Shown: positions 1-12,673 of the stretch, one piece after another
Layout: every line of letters begins with the position of its first letter
Position numbering within the stretch: the first letter of the stretch is position 1
Origin: Bispira polyomma
Lineage: Eukaryota
Direction of reading: 5' to 3'
DNA: 64,000 nt
NCBI GenBank assembly: GCA_965649765.1
Contig: OZ287748.1
Span: 52,142,001 to 52,206,000 of the forward strand
Made by a program: the position numbers and the translations under genes
Notes under the pieces: generated by a model
The model's database searches: none
Told to the model about the DNA's origin: nothing
What the model saw: the letters and a program-made list of their open reading frames with translations, nothing else

Positions 1-555
1 CAGAACTCGACTATCTAAGAACAGTTCATTTGTATGATAATTGTATGTGACATTGTGCAAAATTCTAATAGCTCTTTTCTGTAGAAGATAAATTGGTTTG
101 ACATTGTACAAGTATGTATTACCCCATATTTCAGAACAATAATTAATATAAGGTAGAAACATTGAACAATATAATATATATAACGAGTTCCTGTTAAATA
201 CATCTTTCGCTTGATATAAAATACATAGGGTTTTCACCAACTTGTTCTGATATGATTTACATGTGCTTCCAATCTAACTTTTCATCAATAAGAACACCAA
301 TAAATTTACTAACAAAAACTCTTTCTATACAATAATCATCAATGCATATTTTAATGTCCTGGTTAACCTTACAATTTGAGAAAACCATATAATTTGTTTT
401 ACTGACACTAAGTGATAATTTATTAACCATGTTTTAAGCTTGTGTAATTCCAGACTGATATTAACTTATAATGTTGTAAATCTTTACCCGAACAAAATCA
501 TTATTATCATCTGCATATATTATTACCTTAAGAATGCTTGTTACTATTATCTTTG
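1..555 (-). mobile_element. CR1/L2-clade LINE reverse transcriptase fragment (degenerate)
   Basis: Minus strand reads ...ILKVIIYADDN (YADD at 506-517), then LSLSVSKTNYMVF and IERVFVSKFIGVLIDEKLDWK, typical of the C-terminal RT region of CR1-group LINEs; stops and frameshifts present. Confidence 0.75.
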
Positions 556-1517
556 TTCTAATTATTTTATTAGAAACGGTATATAATTAAAACATATAGT
601 AAGTGTAATTAAGTGTAAATGTAATATAAAAATTGTAAGTAAGTCAAGCAAATAAATATTACTTATCATGTTTTAAATAACAAAGCAAATGTCATTAAAA
701 GTTTATATTTAAAAAGTAAATACAAAATTGTGAAGTAACTAAGTATTATGTCAGTATATAAGTTAAAAGCAACATGCTTATTAATGAAGATGTTGTAAGT
801 AGTAATTATATGACATAGTATATGGTGTCATCATATTTTAAATAACTATGCTCAACATATAATGTATTTTGTCAATATGTAAGTAAGCAGTTTCATACAA
901 GCGTGCGTACTGAGAAACATTGCTTCCTGTAAATCACACCTTATGAATGTAGTCCAAAAGTCATAGGAACTTCTTCCCATATTTACACCTAGGTTTACCA
1001 AAATATGTGATCATATGACCCCTTTAGCTATCAAAAGCAATGTTACCCACAATCCAATGCAGGTCACATGACACACTATATAAGGTAATGTTATCTTTAT
1101 ATAATCAGTTAACTGGGCACATGACCATCAACATTTTACTTATTTTCTATAATCATTTGACCAGACTTTCGTGTAGGATTCCAGAGAATAAAATCCCAAT
1201 GAGTCAGGGCATGTATTATACAGTTTAGTATATATGGAGGCTTTTTAGCCAGTTTAGAGCAGACCAATATGAAATTCTGAGAGTGATGTAACTCAGCTTT
1301 TAAAGGAATAAACAAGAGGCACCATCAAGAAAGAACTTGTACTTTTATATATTTTGGTGAACATTGGTATATTGTTCTTAAAATAAAATAATAAAACATA
1401 TATTGAACTTTCATTCAACACAAGCAATTGTCAAGTGGACAACCGGAAGAACACAGCCTGACTACAGCTGATTTATAAGGAATAACAACTTGGCATCTAC
1501 ACCACCTCCACTTGACA
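554..1517 (+). mobile_element. 5' LTR of a Gypsy-like LTR retrotransposon (left boundary uncertain)
   Basis: Ends in ...TTGACA at 1517, followed 4 nt later by a PBS and then gag; AATAAA motifs at ~1382-1395; no second LTR in the window to fix the start. Confidence 0.5.
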
Positions 1518-1521
1518 ATTT

Positions 1522-1540
1522 TGGTGACCCCGACATGATT
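1522..1540 (+). promoter_or_regulatory. Primer binding site complementary to tRNA-Trp 3' end
   Basis: TGGTGACCCCGACATGATT matches the reverse complement of the eukaryotic tRNA-Trp 3' end (TGG-TGACCCCGACGTGATT) with one mismatch. Confidence 0.85.
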
Positions 1541-3059
1541 AAATTAACAACAAAAAAACAGAAAGATGCCACCAAAAACATATCCAAACAGAAACAACCC
1601 TGAGCAGAAACATGGTGCCTCTAACAGTGCGCAGGGAAATGGTCAGCAACTTCAGGCAAATGAAGACAGACCAGCACCCATAAACTACAGTACATAGAGG
1701 CCTACTGATGTACCATAACCTTGGAGGTCCTGCACAAATCTGGGAAGGAAATGAAGCCATCAATACCCAAGACTATGTCACCTTTCGCCAAGCCTTGTTG
1801 GTGAAGTTTGACACCAGAAACAGCCGGAGAAGGAGACAATATGAAATTCAATTCAGAAACCAGGGACCCAGAGAAACTTTCTTCCAATACACCAGGGACA
1901 TGCTGGAACTGTTCTCAAATGTTGAACAGAATGAAGATGAGAGATTTCTGATTTTCACTGACAATTTAAGACCAGATCTGAGGCAGTTCGTTTATGGACG
2001 CAACATCAACACTCTGGATGAGGCCGAAGAAGCTGCTCTACCAAGAGAGAGTTTATTCCCTCAGGCTGCTGTCACTAGACTGAGGGAATAAACTCTCCCC
2101 TAGCAGTGCTTCAAGAGGCTGGAGATGGTCAAGATGACAGAACTTGTGAAATTAGTGAAATCATTCACTAAAAGGTCAAACAGAACCACTGATGGCCGTC
2201 CAGTATGCTGTAACTGTGGCAAGCCAGGCAATTTTACAAGAGAGTGCAGAGGTGTAGAAGGTGCACTTCGTGTCAGTTGGAGGAAACCACCTTAAAACAC
2301 ATAAACCCATCAACCCTTGAATCCCAGAATGTATTCTCCCAGTCAATGCTCTGTGGTACGAAATGCCACTATATAAACCTATGTTTCAGGCTAAGCCCTG
2401 TTATTCGAGTGTTATACCCTGGTCCCACCAGTCGTCACGTTAGGAGTCGTTTGAAAATTAATTTGCGTAGGGTTTGCGTGGTATTTGCAGGAGCTGACGT
2501 AATATACATAAGCATACATAACCTGGCGTGAGAGTTGAGATGCAAGAAATTTTTAATTTTGAACCATTTGAAATTTGGACACGCAAAAGATGCAAAAGTA
2601 TGACGTCCTAAAACGTGGATATGCGTCACAGTGTTTAAATGTGCGTCATTATGACGTCCTTTTACATGTATTGGCGTACTCATACATGTACTTGGACGTG
2701 AACTTATGCATTCCCTGCGAGACTTTACAGCTTTTGACATATTAATACATGAATTTTAACGTCTGTTGACGCCTTCAACGTGGAGAAAATCTCTAATTTC
2801 TAGTTTTGCATGACGTTTTGCATTAAATATTTTACAAGGCCATGCGTGGCTTACATATCCTAACGTAAATCCGGTGGGACCGGCCCATTACTGTAAAGGC
2901 TGTACTGTTGTGCACATGAGACTCATTGGACGTCACTGCAAGCTGAATACCACCGTTGTGAGCACGCCCATGCCCAGGGGCAGACGAGGGACCCAGTAGG
3001 CTGCATAGGAGGTTACCAGAGATGTCAGGGAACCGGAGAAGAGCAGGGCAGACGGCCCC

Positions 3060-3806
3060 GTGGGAGAAGTACTTGTAGGAGACAAACTTAATATTATTAT
3101 GGATAGACTGCAACAGTTAGCAAACGATATATGCGAAGTCAAAAAAGAACAGAGTGTTAAAAAGACAGTGTCACCCCAGGATATGTTTTCTCGCACATCG
3201 AATAAGCATTTGGTTAAACATATCATAAACTGGCCCCATGAACTCTGTTTCAATGCCACAGGCAAAAAACAACCATCATATCAAGATTTGACACCTTTAA
3301 TTTTTTTTCAGGGTTACTTGGGGTGTGTGTTTGAAGAGAGGGATGCCAAAATAAGGGATAATATGTTACAATATGGGATGCAACTAATGCTGGATGGGTT
3401 AGAGACATCTTGGTTTACGGTTAAAAGCGCTCATTGCCAAATTCTGTTGGAAATAGAGAAAGGTAAAGCAAGCTGGAGTAACCTTAATCAAATACACGAC
3501 CTAAGGGCTCACCTCACCCAATGTACTCTAAAAGAGTTAAATAGTAGTGATAATTCTCAAGGGACCAGTAATATCCAGGAAGAAAAGGGTAAGAGTTCTG
3601 TTGTTATGTGCAGCACGTATAATAAAGGCACATGCAGTCAACCTGCAGTAGTAGCGGGCCTAAACTCTAGGAGATTTCATAACATAGGCCTAGGCATTAT
3701 TGCTCGATCTATCTGGTTAGAAAGTGCAAAGAATAATATAAAACTGGTTGTAGTACATATTGCAGGGACGAAGAATACCCAAGCAGACTACCTCTCATCA
3801 TGTTGA
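3060..3806 (+). pseudogene. gag-like ORF fused in frame to the RNase H C-terminus (RT deleted)
   Basis: WPHE...PSYQDL...QGY...NML.Y...SW..VKSAH motifs are shared with copy 3 gag; after CSTYNKGTCSQ the frame continues into AVVAGLNS...VHIAGTKNTQADYLS. Confidence 0.75.
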
Positions 3807-3905
3807 TTCCGGGGCATAGAAATGAACAGATCCATGCTCAGGTGATGCAGAAGAACTGGTGGGAAGTCAGCCAGGGACATTTTAAGCTAACATACCATGT
3901 TTTAA

Positions 3906-4837
3906 TTGCTTGAATCGGCTATGACCACAAGAACAAAGAGAGCCTACTATAATTGTGTTAGGATGTTTCTGGCATTTGCTGTATTTCTTGGCTCAATCGA
4001 GTTGGCTTCCCTCCAGCTCATTCTGCAATTCTCTGAGTATCTCGCTCAACAGGGGCTGAAACCCCCTTCAATTCAAAACTCCTTATCAGCAGTGAAGTAC
4101 TGTTTCCACTTGTGGAACTATCCAGTGGATGTATTTGCTCATGCACAAATTAAGTTGTTTTTCAAGTCACTATCCTTATCTCCCCCTTATGCTCCCAGGC
4201 TAAAGGGTATTATTTCCATCCCTATTTTCACATCTATCCTGCACCAGGCCTCTGCTTATCCAATGCTTATATATATATAAAGCTTTATTTTTAACAGCAT
4301 TATTTGGATTCTTTAGGCTTTCTAATTTAGTCCCACCGCAGTAGCAGCCTCAATCCTCAGAGACATTTGACATGTGAGGACTTCATTTGGGGCACCCCTG
4401 GGGTCCACATTGTCCTGCGTTGGGCCAAAAATCTACAAAGGTACATTCAATATCATTTGGTGCAGTTGCCTGTTTTAGGATCATCGGACCTATGTTCAGT
4501 AAGGGCTTTGAAAACAATGTTTAAAATAAATAAAAACACAAAAGATACTCCAGTTTTTATGTATAAAAGTAATGGGCAATTAGTGCCTCTTACGACATAT
4601 AAGGTACGTCGAGTATTGAGAGAAATGATGGTGTCCCTAGGACTGAATTTCCAGTCCTTTAGTTTCCACTATTTTAGGCGATCTGGAGCCACCCTGGCTT
4701 TTGACAACAATGTGGAGTTGCAGTCCATCATGGCCCATGGGGGCTGGAGATCCTCTGCTGTCTGGGTGTACTTGCAATCCACCCCTAATACCTCTTCCAC
4801 AGTGGCCAGGTCCCTACAACAAATAATAACTACCTAA
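3906..4837 (+). pseudogene. Tyrosine recombinase (YR), frameshifted
   Basis: FGFFRLSNL (catalytic R, ~4305-4330), HYFRRSGAT (HxxR), HGGWRSSAVWVY (H/W and catalytic Y). Confidence 0.9.
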
Positions 4838-7789
4838 ATTTTCTGTATGGCGTTTAGGCATGGTAATCTGTATATAGTTATATTACTATTTGTAACATAT
4901 AGTAAAAATAGGTAATACTGAAAGTTGTAACTTTTCGGTTGTCAATCGTTAAGGTGACCTTAACGTGTTGTCCTTTTAACTAGAAATACATAACACGTTA
5001 AGTTGACCATAAGTCACCAGTCTAATGTTAGTTAAGGTGTCCTTAAGTCACCATTGGTTGTTTAAGGTGACCTTAAGTCGCCCTAATGTGTTAAAGGTTA
5101 AACCTTAAATAATCTTTGTATGGTGGCCTTAAACTCATAAGGTCACCTTTTGGTGTACATGTTGAATGTTGTAACAATACTAATAGTAAATGTTAGATAG
5201 ATAAAATAAATGTCTAAAAAGATATGTATTAACGCCTTTTCCATCTTGTTCCATATTACCTTGTCCATAACTCTAAGGGGGTCCACGTTGACTGTCCCAG
5301 ACAGAGCCCAGGAACTCCAACATCAGCAACAACAGAGATTTAACCAGCAGCCATTCTGCAGTTTCTGTTAGTAGCCAGGACACAATATGGAAGCATGCCG
5401 GAAGAAGAAAGGTGTTGTGTGCCTTCTGCCAGAAGTTGAGCCACTGCGAACACTGGTGCAGGGAGAAAACAGATCGGCAACAACAGTCTCACTGAAAAAG
5501 GAACGGAGAACTGGCTCCTTTAAACTAGAGGATACCCCATCTCACTCAACCAACAGGATGGGGCAGAGCATTGAACACACAATACGACAAAAGACAATAC
5601 AAAATACATCACAAAAAACAGAACAGAACACAGAACCAAAGCCAGGCCAAAAGACACAGCAGGAGACAGAACCAACAAAGACTGTGAGTCAAAATGTACA
5701 TTTTATACCATTTTTAAATTCATATTGTAACATTGTTGTTGCTAAGGTATTTAGTAAAGACCTCAGATTTCTTTGTGATACTGGTACAACTATTTCTATC
5801 CTAAATGAGGTTACATACAGGGAGTTATGTAAATAATACAAGTTGAATCTGAGCACTGATACTGAGATTAGTTGCAAAAAGAGTAAATGGTCAAAATATT
5901 AAGATCCATGGCAAGGTTGTTGTTATTGTTTTTATTTTTCACATAAATTATATATCATTATTACTGTAACATGAAAAACACAATTTTACACAGAATACAC
6001 AAATTAACCCAAAAATACAATAACAGTGTTTCACAAGATACACAACATACAAAATCACAATCACTACTGTAGTGTACTAAATGTTTCCTATATTTAACTT
6101 TCATAAAAGTCTAAAAATTTAATGTCTGGCAAATATGTAATCATTTTTAAATATAAAGTAAATTGGCAAATACTGACCACTTTTGTTAGAATTGACTTTG
6201 TCTATCCATTTTAATACTCAAACAATGTTGTTTTACATAATTTGTTTTAAGTTTCCTGTGTAATTCAATTATCTTTGGCAAAGTAGCTTTTACTGCACAT
6301 GTGAAGGTATAGTATTTGGTTGTAACTAACAAGGTATTAATTGGGAGGAAATTGGTGTCATTGTTTATATGACCTAGTATAATCTCGATTGCAGTAGTGC
6401 ATATAATTTTATTTACTTGAACCTCAATCCACCTTTTTAAATCTTCCCAAAGTTTTTTATCATTTTTACATAAGACTAGTAGGTGTAACAATGTTTTCTG
6501 GATATAAGTGACAAAATCTGCACATTGTTAAATCACTTATAGCCAATTGACCAAGGAGTTTGTTTGTTTCTAATAGATGATATAATACTTTATACTGAAA
6601 CCAAATTAGTTGGTTATTCTTTATTGAGTTAAAACATGCATGAAATATTCTTTTCCAAGTTATTTCATCAATAACAGTTTCTAAGTCCTTGTTCCACTCC
6701 TTTTTAAATTTTCCTACATTTCCCTGTTTATTCAAAATGTTGTAAATATTTTTGCACCCCCTTTTCTTGTTTTAGTAAAAACGTTAGGTGGTGGAGGGAT
6801 TATAGGCATTTGGAGAACTAGCGGAGTTTTAAGCTTAGTACATTTTGTAAAATCATGCATTACGCTCCTAGCCTGGAAGTAGTTCAAGAAGTTTGTGATT
6901 GAAAAATTATACTTAGATTTAATCTCTTCCTTAGTTAATATTTTATTCGTGGAGGAGTCCACAAGATCACAGATTTGGGTAATCCTTTTATTATACCACA
7001 ATTCCTTGTATAATTTAGCATTTTTAGTCTAGTATTATACCATAGAGGTGTAGACAGTTTATCTGAGTTTGTCTTTAAAGGAATCAAGCAATATATAAGG
7101 TAAGGAAGGAGTTTTTAGTTTTTTCGTATAATTTTACAGACCAATGTTGGCCAAAGTCCATTTATTTTTGAGTGAACAGTGTGTGGTTATAAACAATTTG
7201 ACCCACTGACAGTCTTCAGATCTCATAAGTCTTCTTATCCAAGTACATTTGAGGGCTTTGACAAAGTAGCCTATATTTATAATTTTTAGCGCTCTGTCTG
7301 TATATGTTTGAGTGATGTTAACACGTTTGTGGCAACCATAAATATAACCTTATTTGTAACTACAAATGTAGCTATAACTACAAATGTAACAATTTCCAAC
7401 CACATATGTAGCTATAACCACAAATGTAGCAATGTTCGACAACAAATGTAGTAATCTCCAAAAAAGTTATAGCCACAAATGTAACAAAGTGACAAACCAC
7501 AAACATAATAACTACAAATGTAGTAAATCCAAAAACCGCAAATGTAACAAATAAATTGACCAAAACTAAATGGTTGTTTGGCCTTAAGACTTTGTAAAGC
7601 ATATTATTTTTTTTAGTGGATCATTTAAACATTGGATCATAATTACAAAATTCCTCTAATTTTGAAAAATAAAATCATCTTTGACAAAAAAAATTTATTT
7701 TGTTTTATGGTATTTTGTTTGTAAAACACTATAACTTTAAATTTTAAATAGGGTGCATTACTGTCATCTAGGTGTATTACTTTAAATTA

Positions 7790-10700
7790 CCCCGTAATAC
7801 TACCAAAAACATATATTAATTCAGGACATTTCAGTCCTTGTCTCCCTATAGATGTCCCTACCTTTTGTACTATCAGTTCATAAGTCAAAAAGGCATTTCA
7901 ACAAGAGTTTCTCATATGATGCTTCTTAAGGGGCTGTCCCACTATCAAGATCTATTAGGAGGAGACCCAATAATGTTGTTGGTAGCAATCATTAGTAGTT
8001 TGCCCTGATACTTAAAAAGTGCCAGGAAAATTTACGTCACATGTCTAAAATTGTATTGGTTAACAATGGTAATGATAGGTCGGGAGCAAGGTCCGACAGA
8101 TCCTGTAAGATCGGGGATTTTACTCGCACAAACCAAGTATATCCGCCTGACAAAGATAGGTTGTTACTACTACTTACGATCATAAAGATAGGTTGTTGTC
8201 ATCTCTAAAAGGTCACTACCTCTATCCTGATAGGTTGCTACCTCAAACCCGATAGTTCGCTACCTCGATCCCAATATGTAGCTTCCTCAATCCCAATTGG
8301 CAAGATGAATCTTTTAATTTTGCAATGGGGAGACTACAGAACCTCATGATTCGCCTCCAAAACCATATATACAGGGGCACAGGTCACAAATCCAGACAGT
8401 TTTGATTGAGAACTTCGATTGAGCAGCATGATACCACAAAGGATAATAGAAATGGCCAGAATTGTACAAGCTTTATTAGCATTTATGCGGATACAATTAA
8501 TTGCACTTACAGATTTCCAAGGTGTAAGAGGAAGACAAAATCTCATGCCGGCCCAGAATCAGTATATGAGGTTCACCAAGTTTGTTCCCGAGGTTTGCCA
8601 GGCTATCATCTACAAATTCTAGAAGGATTTTCTCTACTGCCCCACCACCCAGAGGGCTGAAATAAGGTCGCAGCTGCATACAGAGATACCTGGAATGTCC
8701 CCAATGCCCTGGGTGCCATATATGGCAAACACATAGCAATGAGATGTCTAAGAAAGGGGGGTGAGTACTTTAACTACAAGGGATTCCACCCCATCATTAG
8801 GCGGCCCCTGGTGAATATGGAGTACTGCTTCATGTGGGTGAACCTAGGTTCCAATCGCTCTTGGTCTGATTCACAGATTTTCAACCAATCTAAATGGAAG
8901 AAAAAGATTGAGGACCAGTCATCAATTATTTCTCCTTTTATTTGGACAGCATAAAATTAAAATTCTCAGTTCTTTAACTTTGTAAACCGCTTCAAGTAGA
9001 ACTATTTTAAGGGGAAATCGTCTTAAACAACTGCTACCTGAATGGGTTTTTAAATTTAAAGGGGATTACATTTGGAAGGGCTTCATATTATAAAGAGGGA
9101 TTATATTTGGAAGGGCTTTCGTATGTTTGATATCTAAAAAATTATTTTCATTCTTGTGTGTTGGGGGAAGCATATTTTGGTTTGTGTGTAAGTTTGTGTG
9201 AGGCCGGTTTGTTTCTTATCATGAGGGGTTCTTTTTTATATTATTTTTTCAACAATAGCTCAAATTATGTTCTTGGTTGATTTGGGTGGTCCTGAAATGG
9301 GCTGATGGGTGGCCACATGACCGACAGAGGAGGAGAGGAGTGGTTAGTTGTCGATGGTGCTGGCTGCTGATGAAATTGTGGTGGTTGTGATTGTGGTATC
9401 TGTTGGTGACTGTATGTCAGCCATATCCCTGAAGCCTGCAGGAGTCTGATTATTCTGCTAGCTGATGTCTGGTGTGTTGAAATCTGAGCCTCTGGCAAAT
9501 GAGGAAGCTCCCGAGATATTCAAGGTGTCACTGTCCACTGACAGTGGGTTCACTGACAGTGGGTTCACTGACAGTGGGATATGTTAGTACGCTCCACGAG
9601 TCCCACTAATCATGTTGCCTCCAGATATCACTTGCTGTCTTTGAGGACCACTGGTGCTAGGCAACGATGGTAATGTAGGTAATGTTTGTGCTGTAATCAC
9701 ATGTGGCCTGGGCTGTGGCTGTGCCTGTGGAGGAGGCTGTGGTCTTGGTTGTGGCGGTGAATGTTGATAAATGTAGTGTCCCTGCTGTGCTGGTTGAGGA
9801 ATGTAAGCTGGAGGTGCAATATGGTAGTGGGGAAAGCCTGAAGCTGTGGCTGAAAAGCTGCTGCCCTTTTCTGAAGTGAGGTTATTAGGTTGAAGGACTC
9901 CCTCTAAACTGCAGGAAGGAATGTTCTGGCAGTTTCCTAGCCTCCATGGCCAACCAGTTCAGTTCAGTTCCATGCTGAACTATCGCTCCTAGATAGGGGC
10001 AGAGGATTCAAAGGCTGTTGAAGACTTGGTGAGGCCACGTTGAGGGATGACTCCATCTCGCCCTGATCTGTATTGGAATGGGACCCCACACCAGGAGATT
10101 CACGAGGGGGATCCCCCTGAGAAGCTGACATGGTAGGAATTTGAAGTTGGTCTTCACCCTCTGCTGTCACTTGGTCAACTCGATGGCAGCTTGCCTAGAC
10201 TTGCCCACAATCAGCTAGCCGAAGATAGTCCTCTTGGATTGGAACCACTTCATAACTTCTGTGTAATCCAATCCCATGGCTGTGCAGTACTCCTCCCACA
10301 CCATGTTCTTCTTCTGAATGTCTATACTCTGGATCGCGGTTATTGTAGAGCCACTCATGGTCCTTCAGGAAGTCAACCACAGCCTCCTCCTGCTCATCAG
10401 TTAACAACACAATCCTCATATTCCCCTTCTTCTGTTTGCGACCGAAGGCCGCCAACACCTCACTGTCAGGTGTATCCTGTGTTTCGAGCATATCCTGGGT
10501 ATTCTGGTTCAACTAGGAAAAAAGTTTTGGGGTGTCACTGTCTATGGTGGACTGTTAACTTTCTGGAATAATCCCGTCATCATCTGTGTCTCTCACTTCA
10601 AACTCGCTGTCCTTCTGTACTGGCTGTATCCTCCTCTTCTTTGTAGCTCTCCTTTTTCCTAGCATAATTGCAATATGTAATAAACTTTTTGTCTCACTAA

Positions 10701-11655
10701 TTCTTAAATATAAAATAAAACCCTATAATATAACTAATATAATAATATTTCTCAACAAATTGCCAATCGATGTGTCCTCTCTGAAAGCTGGGACGAATCT
10801 GTTAAAAGAAGAGTGACTTGTCCGCCTTTTATATAATCCGATTCCCGGCCCTGATTTGTGCCCGAATTATGGCTTTCACTCCCGAGTTATCCTTTTTGGG
10901 CTTCCTAAATATCTTTCGGCCGCTTCTCCCAAGTTATCTTTAGAATCGGGAGATTGGTAAGGACTTATTCTTATGACATTCCCGAGTTATCTTGGGTCGG
11001 GCCAATTCTTACCACCTATTGTTAACATTTGACAGGATAACTCAGGAGAAGTGGACGATAACTTGTGATGCCCCTGAACCATTGGGACGGATGGGACGAT
11101 AAATCCTTATCATAATGGCTAAATTTTCTCGAAATGTAGATCCCAATTGAAAAGATAAGTTGTTTTAAGGTAAAAATAACTAGTAAGCAGCTTACGATTG
11201 ACCCCAATTGAGCCTGACCTATTGGCTGAAGGTCATCCAATTGCAGAGGTTTTCTAACATATAGATAATTTCCACGAGTGACCAAGAGTGTCCCAAATGA
11301 CCATGATAAATCGGGACAACTCGCCGATTGTCCCGAATATTGTCTAGATAAAATATACCGATTGTATGATCGGGACAGTCAGAAGCTATGATCGGCACAG
11401 TGGGACAGCCCCTTAAGCTGTGGAATGATCTGCCTCATGATATTTGCACTGCCTCCTCACTTTAAAATGATGCTCTAAACATATCTTTTTAGCAAGGCTT
11501 TTTTACCTTAGCATCCTTACCATTTCCTGCATCTCTATGATCATAACCCTGTATGTCAATGGCTATATAAAATTATAAAAATGATTTTCCTGTCACATGC
11601 ACCTTACAATCCGCTAGCACAGAGATAAGCGCTATAAAAGTTAGATAAGATTATA
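7790..11655 (+). mobile_element. L2 LINE 3' fragment, split by Harbinger 1
   Basis: KSFSYDAS|KLWNDLPHDI is continuous across the Harbinger; L2-type tail GATAAGCGCTATAAAAG at ~11623-11640; boundaries approximate. Confidence 0.65.
7929..11413. mobile_element. PIF/Harbinger DNA transposon 1 (degenerate)
   Basis: TIRs AGGGGCTGTCCCACT / AGTGGGACAGCCCCT; TWA flanks (TTA 7926-28, TAA 11414-16); transposase remnant YFNYKGFH...SDSQIFN (+, ~8570-8920); MADF/Myb-like remnant LTDEQEEAVVDFLKDHEWLY (-, ~10200-10620). Confidence 0.9.
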
Positions 11656-12115
11656 TTTAAATAACGCATACCTAAGTTTAAATGAAAATGTGTGAGGCAT
11701 TGCCTACGAATAAGCCATAAACAATATCTACTAATTTGTCTGTAGGCAACAGTGGACTTGTATCTAGTTCATTATTTGTTCTACAAGTTTGAAATTTATA
11801 ATTTAGTTATGGGAAATCAAGGGATAGGAACATTAGAAAACCAACCCAACTCCAGCTACAACCTTGTTCTACATGTGATATCCATTGCTGGTCATGCAGT
11901 GCCGCATAAATTGGCTAATTTATCATAATAATAGTTTAAACACATCAGAAAAAATATAGGTTATAGAAATACATCGGCATCTATTACTAGTTTGTCGAAC
12001 CAATCTGATTTGCTTCATGTGTAAACATAACATGAATATAAAAAAAATGAATCATTATATTTTTTTCGAACATTTTCCCTTTTTGGCTATATTACATTTG
12101 TGGTCATTATGTTAG

Positions 12116-12673
12116 TACGGAAGCCTAAACAGCTCACACATAAAAAATAAGAATTATCTAGTAATTACTAGATAGCCCTATCTAGTAATTACAAGATAGC
12201 TCTATCTTGTAATTACTAGATAAGTGTATCTTGTAATTACAAGATATATCTAGTAATTACTAGAAACGGCTATTTTGAAATTACAAGATAGTGCTATTTA
12301 GTAATTACTAGATAGGGCTATCTAGTAATTACTAGATAAGTACTTCTCGTAATTACAAGATAGCTGCTTCTAGTAATTACTAGATATATCTTGTAATTAC
12401 TAGATATATGTTGTAATTACAAGATAGGTGTTTCTTGTAATTACAAGAAGTAGCTATCTTGTAATTACAAGAAAGACCTATCTAGTAATTACTAGATAGC
12501 CCTATCTTGTAATTACTAGATAAGTGTATCTTGTAATTACAAGATATATCTAGTAATTACAAGATAGCTTTTTCTAGTAATAGATAGGGCTATCTTGTAA
12601 TTACAAGATAGAGCTATCTTGCAATTACTAGACAATTCTTATTTTTTATGTGTGAGCTGTATAGGCTTCCGTA
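12116..12673. mobile_element. MITE with TAC..GTA termini and 6-bp TSD (IS3EU-like), filled with palindromic repeats
   Basis: TIR TACGGAAGCCTA.ACAGCTCACACATAAAAAATAAGAATT at both ends; TSD TGTTAG (12110-15 / 12674-79); interior is an array of TCTWGTAATTACWAGA. Confidence 0.8.

Larger units (their letters stand above)
2256..5292 (+). mobile_element. Ngaro-like tyrosine-recombinase retrotransposon, internally deleted (copy 1)
   Basis: gag-like ORF 3060-3806 homologous to the gag at 37.8-38.9 kb; RNase H tail HIAGTKNTQADYLS; YR frames 3906-4837; TGT at both junctions (2253-2255, 5293-5295). Confidence 0.85.
1567..5920 (+). pseudogene. Gypsy gag-protease, decayed, split by a YR element at 2256-5292
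   Basis: Gag core in ORF 1708-2091 (QGPRETFFQY...FTDNLRPDLR...TLDEA); knuckle CCNCGKPGNFTREC at ~2206-2247; further knuckles after 5295; aspartic protease motif FLCDTGTTIS in ORF 5387-5836. Confidence 0.85.

Noticed and set aside
2771-2785. TCAACGTGGA complementary to the element 3' end (TCCACGTTGA, 5282-91) as a DIRS-type ICR
   Set aside because: Only 10 bp and no convincing match to the 5' end; could be chance
7378-7602. Hydrophobic ORF duplicated at 12741-12998
   Set aside because: Artefact of translating repetitive TIRs
12155-12635. Palindromic repeats with short variable spacers resembling a CRISPR array
   Set aside because: Eukaryotic context, spacers only ~2-12 nt and reused, no cas genes, bounded by TIRs and a TSD
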